From contig MNCI01002616.1 in assembly GCA_015680685.1 (NCBI GenBank), forward strand, positions 1-64,000: DNA of 64,000 nt, read 5' to 3'. The notes under the pieces were generated by a model that searched no databases, was not told the origin of the DNA, and saw only the letters and a list, made by a program, of their open reading frames with translations. The DNA is from Gnetum montanum (lineage: Eukaryota; Plantae; Gnetophyta). Of this stretch, positions 40,212-52,500 are shown in pieces (the stretch's first letter is position 1; each line of letters begins with the position of its first letter). The translations under genes and the position numbers were made by a program.

Positions 40212-42776
40212 TTACATGTAATATGGCTTAAGGTAGGAATGATTGACTAGATTGGCTAGCTCATTCCCATCCATGTCAGCTATCTTAAATGCTTCATAAC
40301 CATAGGCTCTGGTGACTAGGAAGGGTCCTTCCTAGTTAGCTAAGAATTTATCCACATATTCATGGATGGATTTGAGGGCTAGGTTATCTTCCTTGATCTT
40401 ACACTTGGTCAAGCTATGGTGGTGTTGCCAATTTTCCCCTCTTGATAGTTTTTGATGTGAGCAAGTGCTTACATATGTTGCTCCTCCATAGAGTCTAGGA
40501 TCATTGTATGCAACCTCTTATTATGCTAATCATTTATGAAGTCAATCAAGACTACTTAAAGCGATGACACTTGCAATTCAAGAGGTAAAACAACTTCAGA
40601 ACCATAAACTAGGCTATAAGGGATTACACGAATTTCCATGTGATAGATCATTCTGTCGGTTCATAGCACATGGACAAGCCACTCATGCCATTTAAGCTTG
40701 ATGTTATTGAGCATCTTCTTTAGTAAGTTGATAATGGCCTTGTTGCTTGCCTATGCTTGTTCAATGACTCGAGGATAATAAGGTGATGAGAAAGAATGCT
40801 TAATGCCTAGGTTGTGTTAGAAATCTTTATTTCATGGCTACTAAATTATAGTCCTTTATCTATAACTATGGTCATGGGTATGCCAAAATGGGCTACAATG
40901 TTATCTAAGATAAATTTGAAAACTTGTTTAGATGTATTCTTCCTTAGGAGAATAGCCTCAATCCACTTCGTAAAGTATCTGGTTATAGTGATGATGAAGT
41001 TATGACATATGAATGACTTGGATGTTATAGGTTCAATGATATCCAACCCCCAATGTTGAAACTACCAAGTCAACTAAGTGGTATGTAACTCAGTTGGTGA
41101 TACATGTATAAGGTTACTGTGTCATTGGCACATGTCATAATGCTTAACCTTCTGCATGTAATCTCTTTCTATATGGGGCTAGTAATAACCTAACGACTAA
41201 TCCTACTGGCCATAACCCTTGGTCCTATATTTCCCCCACAAACACCCTCATGGACTTCCTCTAAGATTGTTCTAACTTTGGTTTTACCTAATCATTTTAG
41301 TAATATGGCATCATCGGACTATCAACACAATGTGTTATCACCTATGATGACATACTAGTTTGATCATTTTTTTACAACATCCTTTTGAGTAGTAGTTATG
41401 CCCTATGAGGACTCACCATGCATAACATAAAATTTGATATCGTCATATCACTCCCTAGTAGGAGCAATATGGATGATAGCTGCAAAGGTGTCTTTAGTAT
41501 GGCTAAGTCAAAAAACTTACTAAACACATGTAGTGTCATATTGAGAGCTAATGTTGCAATTGCATTAGCTATGATGTTCTCATTTCAGGGTATGCACTAG
41601 ATATCAACATCAACAAATTGTTGTAACAATTTCTTTCCTAGGTCACAATATGGTTGTAAGTGTTTGGCTTTACATGAATAGAATTCAATTACTTGGTTAA
41701 CCACAATTTGTGAATTTTCTTTAATCATTAGGCATCTAATTCATAGGTCATGAGCTACCATCATCCCTCTAATCAAACCCTCATACTCTGCTATGTTTTT
41801 GGTACATGGGAACTCAAAACAGTAGGTGAAAGGTTGGATTCCACCATATGGAAATGTCATGATGGTAGTGGCACTAGCCCCATGTGAAGTTGAAGCTCCA
41901 TCAAAGTGCATGACTGCCTCATAACCCTTGGGTACTTGGCTAAAAATACTAATATACTCATCAAGGGACTTAGGATCTATGGATGCTTGGTCATCAATAG
42001 GTGAAACTATGAGTTGTACAACTATAGCTTGACCTTTCGTTGAAGATTGAGAGATGTAGTAAAGGTCAAACTCTGTAGTTATGAATTTCCTTTGGGATAT
42101 GTGACTACTCTCATAGATATTGCTTGTTATGGCTCTAAGCACATTACCTTTGCAAATGACATTGACTTGGCTTTTGAAGAGGTAGTGTCTCCACTTCTTC
42201 AATGAGAAGACTAGTGCTAGAAAATACTTCTTCACTTCAGTGTATCAAGTCTCATGGGAAAATAATGCATGGATAAGATAGTACACTAGAATTTCTACTC
42301 CATCATCATGTTTTTGATGGAGTAGAGAGGTGATGGATGTGTCAGAGATAGCCAGGTAGATGTAAAATGGTCTACCCTATTGTGGAGGATAGACTGTTGG
42401 TAGTTGTGTCAACTCTTGATTAAGGTTTTCAAAGGCCTCTTGCCATTAAGCCATCCACTCATAGTGAATCCCTTTCTTAAGCAAGTGTTTCATGGGCTGT
42501 AATTTATCCATAAGCCTAGCAATAAACCTATGACTAAATTATAATATGCCTTGTAATCCTTGAAGCTCCTTAAGTTTGGTAGGCATTGCTAATTTGGATA
42601 TGGCCTTAACCTTTAAGATTAACATGTATCCTTGCTTGAGATACCACAAATCCAAGCATCTTACTAGTTTTGATACTAAATATACATTTCTTGGGATTGA
42701 GCCTAAGCTCATATTTGAGCCACTATTTAAGCACAAGATCTAGGTGATTAGCATGATCACAAAGCACTTTGGACAT
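40212..42776 (-). pseudogene. pol: pol remnant of element C: end of RT, RNase H, extra archaeal-type RNase H, integrase
   Basis: LKELQGLQG; ALVFSLKKWRHYL; MHFDGAS..CTKNIAEYEGLIRG (aRH); WGLDII..YFTKWIEAI..HFGIPMTIVID (INT); ends LKPYYM*. Confidence 0.9.
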
Positions 42777-43049
42777 TGAAACACCCTAAATTTTTAAGGC
42801 ATTCTTGCTTCACCAGGTCCTTGGAATTCAGGCAGCACCATGTCACTTCATCAAGAAATGGATGCTCTGAGTTTAGAATGTCCAGTTTGGCAAATTTTCT
42901 ACTCCAAGTGTTGATAGGCCTAACAGACTCTCCGGCTTGCCCACCTAGGTGGTTCATTCGGTTGACAGTCTACTCAGAGGCGATGCGTGGGGTTGTTGAT
43001 GGTGCTCAGGCTATGCAAAATAGTTTAGCAAGTTTTCTAGTCAAGAAGT

Positions 43050-44008
43050 TTGCTACGCTAGGCTACACTACGTAGCGTAGCAAGCCTTGGAAGATAGTTG
43101 TAGGATGAAGTGCTATGCTATGCTATGCTACGCAGCATAGAAAAAGGCAAGCAAGAAGGCCCAGCTTACTTAGTAATTTCAATTGCACTCAGTAAGCACG
43201 TCTGGCCTTCAAAACCAGTTACTTCACTCAATTTCAAGTCCTCCAGCAAAGCTCCTCTTACTAGAAAAGTAATAGATCAAGAAAAAGCAGGCTATGTTGG
43301 CTACGACGCTATGCTATGTTATGTAGCATAGCACAACGTAGCAATGATGCAAAAATGACAAGAGGCATCTCAAAACGCAGGATCAACAAGTACAGAAGCT
43401 TCACATCAGAAAAAAAGAAAGGTTGAAAGTTGCCAACAATGATCATCAGGCAAGTTTACAACTTAAGTGCAAATCGCAGTTTAGGCAAGCTACTAAGCTA
43501 TGCTACAATACGTAGCGTAGCATAGCGTAGCAAACATGCAGAATCAGCCAACACATGTCAAAGGCTTCTAACACATGAAATCAACTCTAATGAAAATTTC
43601 TTCTTCAAATTGGTGGCTACGCTATGCTATGCTACATAGCGTAGCACAACGTAGCAAGCAGCTATGCCATGCCAACTTGCTACGCTTCATAGTGTAGCAC
43701 AACATAGTAGGTGGCTATGCTACGCTAACATGCCATGCTCCACAGCATAGCATAGCATAGCAGGCGATTAGATGCAGCATAGTGTAGTAAGCAGCTACAC
43801 TACACCTACATGCTATGCTCCACAACGTAGCAGGCAGTAGCGCTACATCAGCATGCATCTCCAGTTTCGATGGTGTGATTGCAGCATGTCAGGCTCGTCA
43901 ATCAATCAGCTTTGCATGTCCATGTAGCATGGACACATCGACATCTTGTGGGTCCAAGAAACATGGTGTCCAAACTACATCTTTTGCATGCTCCTAGCCC
44001 TATAAATA
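43050..44008 (+). promoter_or_regulatory. LTR U3 region: (GCTAY)n / CATAGCGTAGC motif clusters and TATA box
   Basis: Dozens of GCTAC/GCTAT and complementary units, many arranged as inverted pairs; TATAAATA at 44001-44008. Confidence 0.65.
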
Positions 44009-44685
44009 CCCTTACGAGCAAGGCTCAAAGGGTTGGCAAATTTTAGGGGCATTGGTTGGCAAAATTTAAGCAAGGGTTGGCAAACTTGAGAAGCGTTGGC
44101 AATTCTAAGCATCATTGGCATTCCTGAGCAAAGGGTTGATAGCCTTAAGCATTGTTAGCTTTTGCAAGTTGAGAAAAATAGAAATAGTTAGCATTCCCGT
44201 ATGGCATTCTGCTGCCTCTTTTCCATTGCCCTTGTAGCATTTTGCATTGTTAGTTTCTGAATCCACATTCAGGTGCACATCTGGCTTGCTTTGAATGTCC
44301 TGGTTACCCTTGGGATCTCTGTACTTCCCTGTGTCGTGTAATCAATTATGTCCATCTTGGCAAAGTAAAGAAGCAATCTTGACAGTGGTGCATTTCTTAA
44401 CTTCAGTTTGCTTTATTATTCTTCTTATCATTGCATTTTACATCGTTTTCATTTCCTCACATATAATAATCATTATTTTATGCCATAACGTTATTCTCAA
44501 GTTACACAATTGAAAAAGGTTTAGTAACATTGACTAAGTCCTTGTCTGATCGACCAAACTATTCAGGGCACCCTGTTTCCATTTTATCTAGCACGGCCCT
44601 CGCACGGATTTGAGGTTAAGATTGTCATGACTGACAACCTCTTGGTGTTTTCCAGCCACTAATGTTTTCAATCACTATAGTTTTT

Positions 44686-44703
44686 TGGCACTAGAAGGAG
44701 AGC
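44686..44703 (+). promoter_or_regulatory. Primer-binding site complementary to the 3' end of plant cytosolic tRNA-Asn(GUU)
   Basis: TGGCACTAGAAGGAGAGC versus TGGCGCTAGAAGGAGGG, just after the LTR end; tRNA identity is from memory of the plant tRNA-Asn 3' end CCCUCCUUCUAGCG-CCA. Confidence 0.7.
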
Positions 44704-45076
44704 CTCTTAGTGCCTTTTCTATGTTATATGGTAGTCCTGTATGTGTTCTACACCTCAACACGCTTAACGCCCTTTTTGCGGTTGTTTATGCATCGTGTGG
44801 TGTAGATCGGTCACTTCGATGGTTCCTTCAGAACCCTACAGGACGTAAAGCCTCCAATCACCATTTAACCCTATTATTTCATGGTAGTTTTTCATGTGTT
44901 CTATACCCCAACATGCACTAGCATAAACTTGATATCATTTTGTAGTTTTTTACATATTGTGTGGTATAGATCGGTCGCTCCGACAGTTCCTCTGGAACCC
45001 GGCAAGACATAAAGCCTCTGACTACTTTCTGATCTTCTTTTTTTTCTCATTTGTAAACCTGTTTAGCTTTACAACA

Positions 45077-48000
45077 ATGGATTCTTCAACTACCACTATT
45101 GCTACCACAAACTTTGAGGTTCCTATTTTGGTTCAAGTCACGATGGGTGTTGAGCAACCACTTAGCTCGGGACTAGGGCCACGTCGATCCCTCAGGATTC
45201 AAAATCGGGGACCTGAGGGTTTGGCTCAACAAAATGAGTGATACAACTTTCTTTGTCCTAATGTGGAGGTGAACTTGCCCTTGGATGCACAAGAACTCAA
45301 AGACAAGCACAACTTTGAGTTCGCATAGTGGAATAGGAAGGAATTCGTTCCCACTCCCATCGTCTCTATCCCTTTGATGCAAACGAACCAGTGGCTTATA
45401 GATCAACTGACCTAGGTTCTTAGGCCTAGGGAGTTGTAAGACATAATGTCACATCATGATGAGGCTTTCTAGGATGGATAGGAGGCGCTAGACTCCCAAT
45501 TTGAAGGGGGGGGGGGGGCAAACCNTCCACTCTCAGCATTTCCATCCCTTTAATGCAAATGAACCAATGGCTTTTAGATCAACTCATCTAGGTGACTAGG
45601 CCTAGGGAGCTGCAAGACACAGCGTCTCACCATGATGAGGCCTTCTAGGATGGATAGGAGGAACTAGATTTCCAATCTGATGGGGGGGGGGGGTCAAACC
45701 AACCCTGCCACCATTCCTCCCACCCCATCCTTCTGGGCAAACCTGCTTTATACTGCTTCCTCCTTCGTAATCACGTCTACACCATCACAAAATGCAATTC
45801 CATTGGTAACGGGTAGCCATACCATTCCTTTGGCACATCAACATGTCCATGCCCTTGTCTCAACCTTGGTCATTACTCCTCCAGTGACTTTTCACCAATC
45901 CTTTTTTGCTTCGTAACATACACCAATCACGGCTACCCTACCACACATTCATACCGCACCTACCTTACGGCTGTGTGTAGCTTCCACCTCTATTCCTATG
46001 TTTACAGCTATCCCATCATCAGTGGTGGGTCTAGGCCCATGCACATGGTGGACCCCATTTACTTCTCCTCCTACTACGCAACCATCGTAAATGTCGCACT
46101 ATGCTCGCCCTCAAACCTACCAAGTCCCGCAAACGATACAACCTAGCACGAGACCGTGGTCTGTTCCATCGATCGTGCAAATGTCCAACCCCATAGCACA
46201 ACCCATAGCTATTACTGCAACTACATCACCTACTGGGTGGTGGGCAGTGCAAGTAGCACCGTTCATAGGGGCCACCGCAACGGCATTGCCGATGGGTCAC
46301 GTTGCTGCCCCTACCACTCCAAAAATGTGGGCTTCCCTGATAGTTTCTTAATCATCTGCATCATCTATGGGTCTAGATCAAGAATTCTAGCTTATCTAGA
46401 CCCTCGCTGAGGAAATAAAACACCTCAAGGCTGTTGGGTCCAATACAGTACAAGTCATGGACTTCTACCAAGATGATCCCATCAACTCAGCAGTCCCTAC
46501 ATTAACGTTACCTCCTGGGATGTCACTTCCCCATTTCACAAAATACAATGGGGAAGGGGATTCCAACACATACCTTGTTACATTTAGATATGAGTCCCAT
46601 CTTTTGCAACAATGGCTGCACATGATCATCCATGTCTTTGCCATGTCTTTGATTGGAAAAGCCCTGGATTGGTACCGTACCCTTCCACACTCCTCCATCT
46701 CAACCCTAGAGGAGCTTCTGATCTAGTTTGTAACATGTTTCAAGTACAACTTGAAACTAGAGATCACTTTGGATTAGTTGATGAGCATAAAATAAGATCT
46801 ACTAGAACCAATCCAGAAGTTCATCCAGCGTTGGAGTGCGACCCTTAACGAAATCCATGAGCCCATCACGGAGGCCCACTTGCTGGCTGTCTTTAAGGAT
46901 GCAGTGAACGACTTCATTAAGTCTAAGATGTATTATCTAGCCCTGTGCACTCATAGTTAGGCTTTTTCCTAGACTAAGAGCATACAGGATGTCGCTGAGA
47001 CAAGAAAAGACCTAGCCTACGTTGCATACAAGAACACCTTCATGAAGAAGGACAATGGTAAGGCTACAACAACCACAGTGGCCACTATGGCAAATGAAGC
47101 CAAACCCAAACCAAAAAACAATAGTAACAAGAACAACAAAAAACTGGTTGCACTTGCAACTAACCCTACACCCAAACAGGGAAATGCACTACAACCTTCT
47201 ACATCTGCACCTGAGATGTCTGTGCCACCTAAGATAAAATTTGAGCATAAAGATTGCTCGAAGTATACCCCACTGCTCGTCAAGCCTTTAGATATTCTGA
47301 AGTAATTACTAGCGACGGGGTACATCCAACATAAGAGAATGTCGGAAGAGGAAGCCAGGAAGCACTAGCAATACTGTGAACTCCTCAAGAACCCCTTGTT
47401 GGCCTTGCCCAACGAGCCCCCAGTTCCCAAGGGTTTCAAGCTAGAGTAGTTTTGTGACTACCATCAATAGTGTGGTCACAATATGGATTACTGCATGGTG
47501 TTGAAGGACAACATCCAAAGGATGATTGATCAAGGAAAACTGGTGCTCAACAAAAGTAATCCAGTATGTCGTGAGAATCAATCCTTGCACATCTACACTG
47601 ATCCTCTCAACTCCAACAACATAGGTTACATCATCAACACCATCGACCTTTACAATAATCCTAGACCATCCCAGTGGCCATTTGTGGTTCGTGTGCCTCA
47701 GCATAGCACACCAGTGCCACCAATAGGTAATCAAAGTCTGCACCAACCTTTTATCTTGAGAGTTCCTTCTCGGGCATCTACCTCTGTACCACCTATTAGC
47801 ATAACTGCACAACCACGTACACTAACCCCGCTAGCTCCATTCGTTATCAGGGGGCCAATCCATTCAACAACCTCCACCCCACATAAGATAGCTTTACAGC
47901 CTTCTCGTCCTAAGAAATGGGAAGTGCAGTTCACGGGTGAGACGTCAAGGGAAAGTAGCATCCTAGGTACTTCCAAGCCTATGTACTCACCTCCTACATC

Positions 48001-49078
48001 TAGGCCTTCATTTCCAAAAGATGACGTTGCTACCTATGCATGGTCTTCGCCACCTCGTCCAAAAGGGACTGAACCCAAACCTAAAACTATCCCTCCTTGG
48101 GAAATTCATCTTCTAGGATGAATAGAAGAGGAGAAAGGTAGTAAATTAGAAAGTGGCCAAGACCTCCTAAGCACTCTCACCCAGGTGAAGCAAACTCTAA
48201 AATAGAAAAATACTATGTTGAGCCTGTACGAGCTAATCATGACATCTACTACACACCCTGAGGCTTTGATTTGCATGTTAACAGTAATTTCTATTGACGA
48301 GAACATGCCAGCAAAAGAGAAGACGATCCATTCAGTCATGCTTCCTTCTGCACCTACAGACCCTTAGCCATCCCAATTGAATGTTTTCAATGATTCCATT
48401 AGGGAAGACCCTAAAAAGGGTCAGGTGAACACAACACCCCTGTTCATCACAATTTGGGTTAGCCAACATAAGATCTGAAGGGTACATGTCGATGATGGGG
48501 CTGATACAAATGTCATCCCTTTCCCTATTTTGGATAAGTTGGGTTTGGTCGAATAGATTAGGCCCATAAAAACATCCTATTTAAAGTCATTCAATGGGAC
48601 ATGGGTCGTAGTGAAGGGCACGGTCCACATAGATTTCATGGTAGGGGACCAGTTCCCCACAAACACAACATTCATTGTAGTTGAAGAGATGCACAGGTTT
48701 AACCTGATCTTGGGGAGGTCATGGTTAGCACAACCTAGGGTTGTCTCTTCACCCATCCATCAGAAGATCCATCTACCCTATGCAGGCAGGGAGGTGGTGA
48801 TCCATGGTGATGAGGTAGCAATGCAAGCTATCAATAACATAGATATGGAGTAGGACTCAGAGGTCATAACCTTTGGGAATGAAGCTCCTGTCTCTATAGA
48901 TACTAACTACCCAATAATAGAGCTGACTCAGCAAGCCAGTTCAGAAGACAAAAATGCGTGGATTGAGTTGCCCTTCCAAGTGGAGGATAATGATGTAGAC
49001 GAAGGTCCTAGCAAAGTGCCTTGGCCTTATGCCTCGCCCAATCCACGATGGGTTAAGAAGCAGTTACGCATAGCGTAG
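45077..49078 (+). pseudogene. gag: gag-protease pseudogene of element D
   Basis: Pro/Thr-rich N-terminus; LPHFTKYNGEGD..FAMSLIGKALDWYRTLP; Tat-type knuckle CDYH...GH.MDYCMVLK..IQRMIDQG; protease VHVDDGADTNVI..FNLILGRSWL; frame ends in TAG at about 49078. Confidence 0.88.
45350..45700 (+). repeat. Tandem duplication of about 176 bp within gag; each copy ends in a G-run
   Basis: 45350-45524 aligns with 45526-45700; a single N sits at the junction (45525). Confidence 0.75.
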
Positions 49079-49209
49079 CAACCCTACTACTTCTTGCCCA
49101 ATTTCCATCCTTTGTACATTTACCATCTTTCTGTTTTGCGTCAATCCATCTATGCTAGGCACTATTTAACTCTTCTTTAAATCATTAGCATATCATTCCT
49201 CTACCATCT

Positions 49210-49450
49210 GATGGCCCAAAATGGCCTAAAAGTACATTGCTACGCTATGGTTCGAAATGGTCTAAAGCTATGTCTTAGCAATGGCCTGAAATGGCCTAAA
49301 ACTACACCGCTATCCGATGGTCCAAAATGGCCTAAAACTAGTGATGGCCCATAATGGCCTAAAACTAGGAGGGGCCCGAAATGGCCTAAAACTAGGAGGG
49401 GCCCGAAATGGCCTAAAACCAACAATGGCCTGAAATGGCCTAAAACTAAA
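49210..49450 (+). repeat. Tandem array of about 27 bp, GGCC-CGAAAT-GGCC-TAAAACTAG
   Basis: About 8 units; repeated in the second copy at 63063-63302. Confidence 0.9.
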
Positions 49451-49575
49451 ACATAAAAAAGAAAAAACATAACATATCATTAAACCAATTTAAAAATTTT
49501 CTTCCTTCATTAAGTTTTTTCTAATGTTTGCAAAAGTTTTAGAAAAAATCCAAAATTTCAAAAAATCCCATGTTG

Positions 49576-52500
49576 TCATGGGTCATCTTCTCTCACATCA
49601 TCTTCATCCACATCCTCTACTCCTACTTCATTTCCTTCTTCTTCACCTTCCTCTGCATTGCCTTCTTTTACCCCTTCATTGCTGCCCTCTACAGGCCCTG
49701 CATCTTCATCTAGAATCTGCATTTTTGAAAAGTGAGTTAGTCAGCTAGTGCAACATTTGAAAGCCAGAATAGAGCATGAGCATTTACATAGCAAAGAGTG
49801 ACTAACCCAAGATAGTCCCGCATCCACCTCGAATGGTATGTAATCTAAACTGAACCCAAGGTGGTGTCAAACCTCCTCCTCCGTGATATTAGCCCAATGC
49901 CTTTCACTTGGTCCAGCGTCTACAGTAGCTTTTTCCTTTTTGATGGTCATCCATCTCGGCAGTCCTAGAGAAAAGAAGGCAGTAGCGGTCTTACCCATGG
50001 GAAGATCCACTTCCCATTCAGGTGACTCACTAACCATCACTTGCCCCATGAACTTGCTATAAGCCTCAGAAGCATCGATGGCATGCACGGATGCTTCAAG
50101 GGTAAATGCCTTCACTGAAGCATCTGGGTATAGATTGCGGTAGGTGGCACATTCGTGCTTATACATGTGTTTATGGTTTTTCCGGGACTGACCCTACTCG
50201 TAAACCTTGGCACTATAATCTTTCTAGTCCTAGTTCTTTTGAGCTAGTAAGTCCATTTGCATTCGCTGTTCTATTATTTCTTGGGTGGCTTCATTGTTGT
50301 GCCGTGCGAATGCCCAATATCTAGCATAATCTATCATAGCCATGCGTCAACTACCATCATTCGTATCATGGGCCTGAGGAACTCATTTCTAGATTTGAGG
50401 TCTCCCACCTTGGTGCTTAGTTCAGCCTTCTCCTTCTTAGTCCTTTGGATCCGTTTCCACAAATCCTCATTGACATGCCTACACTCCCACAAGGAGTGCA
50501 CCGAGTGCAAAGCATATTTGCTAGCCTCGTCGTATACATGACGAGGCACCTCAGCCACTTTGGGCAGGAACATAGGAATGTCACCGACTTTCAATGCCAG
50601 ATTCGAGTCCCATTTGAGTCGAGAGGCTACAACAACATAAAGAGCGCATTAGTCACACTAGCGTAGTGTAGCAAAATTTGCAGCTCAAGAAATCTAGCGT
50701 AACAACATCCAAGAACCTAGCATAACTACTTTACTTACCCACTTTAGGATCAACCTGTCTGAGGTGGCTGATCATGTCGTCAATGCTGCATGAATGTAAG
50801 TTTATCAAGGGTCTTGGCCCATGGTTCCAAGTGAATCAAGAGAGGTCCTACAGTGTTGATAGTGGTGTCTGTTATGCAACCAAATGTGTTAGTAATGACC
50901 AAGGTGGGTTGTGATAAAGCTATGAGTAATGAAAATGACAGTGTGAGGGCTCCCACCCAGTAAACCCTCCAGGGTTATAATAGGGGATTGTCCATTGACA
51001 CATCATCAAATAAATTGTTAAACTCCCTAGCATCTAATTGTAGCTCCCCTCCTTTCTAACTCAAAACTATTGTAGCACCCTTGGCATCCGTCTGCTCCCC
51101 TGATGCTAGACTGTGTTCAATAGAGGGAGCTCTGGTAGAAGTCTCTTTTTGGTCAATGCAGGCTTTCTCTTTATTTGCTGGTGCCTTTCTTTTCAAAGCA
51201 TCAAGATCCTCTTCATCCATAGGAGACTCTTCCTTGTCTTTAAAAATGTCCTCCTCATCGATGGGAGGATTCTCCCTGATGATAAGAGCCCCTTCCCTAG
51301 TGGTAGGAGTTTCTTCCGTCTTAATCGGGGCCCTTTCCTTTGAGGCTGGGGCCTCCATGTCTTTATTTGCCGCCGCATTCTTGGGAGCCAACACCTCTTC
51401 TTCTCCATCTTCCTCTTCCTCTTCTTCCTCTAGCAGCAAAAACATATTTGCATTAGCTTAAGGCAAGTCATCTTAAGGTAGGTGCTATGCTATGATATGC
51501 TGCTTAGCATAGCATAGCATAGCAGGCATTAACAAAATAGGTGAAGAAACAATCATAAGCAAAAGCATTCATAGATGGGGGGTTGTGTCCTACATAGCTT
51601 GAACTACAGTGCCCGCCCTTCTTCTTATTCCATACAGATAGTCTCCTTAGTTGAAGAAGGCCCCTTTTGCCGTAACTTGTTGGCCACCGTCTTGGCGATG
51701 AGACGTTTCCCCTGCGATATGCTGCCTGCAGCAGCAGGGGGCACCTCTCCCACACTATCCTAGCCACAAAACTTGTAGGCCACTCAGTCCCTAGTTGTTA
51801 AGGAAAATGACTCCCCAATAGCTTCTGGGGGATCTTGGGCTTGAGTGCTCCAAAATATTTGGTGGATCCATAGTTTGGAAATCTGATTACGATCTTGCAT
51901 AATCCAAACTCCATTCTCATGGACCACCAAAAACTCTACAAAACACCACAAGCAGGCTATGTAAAAGATGTTGTGCACATTGAAGTAAGACTCCTGCTTC
52001 TTATTGAATGTGATGATTTTAGTTCTCAAGGCCTTGCACAGATACATAGCCTAGTTGTAGAGAGTCCCCTCTTCCATGACCTCCTGCATGATCTAAGCTT
52101 GTTCAATCCCAAGGATTTTTCCTTGGGAAAGCAGCTGGGGGAAGGCATGAGCTCAAAAGATGGAATAAACCTCTCTCATGGCACCCAACTTGACCTTCTC
52201 CATGGGAATCCCCTTTCACTCCTTGGCAATCCCTAGCCACTCCTCAGTGTCCTCCTTTTGACGATTCAACTCTTTCTTTGTCTTTGACCCTATAAGGAGG
52301 CCATCAGCAGGGATGCTGAAAAGGTCCACGAATAGTTGGTCATTGATCTCAAGGACCATTCGCACGTCTTGTACATGTGTGCAGAAGCAGTTTTCCTTGT
52401 TGGAAAAGGAGTCCTGCTAGTGCAAGCATCTCAGCGACGGGGACACTTGGATTCAGGGTCAGGAACAAATCCATGAGCCCAACATCTTGAAGGTGCTTGG

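Larger units (their letters stand above)
37657..42776 (-). mobile_element. Tat-clade element C (3' half; 3' LTR 39018-37657), nested in the 3' UTR of B and cut in RT by element D
   Basis: PPT and TGAAACACC at 39018; LTR end TGTAACA at 37657; pol lies upstream. Confidence 0.8.

Noticed and set aside
42757-43075. Conserved-looking ORF pair repeated at 60286-60619
   Set aside because: Similarity comes from the two LTR copies; no recognisable protein motif.
49240-49748. ORFs with LVLGHFGP repeats and His/Leu-rich ORFs (also 63121-63602)
   Set aside because: Translations of the tandem array and of the opposite strand of the acidic last exon.
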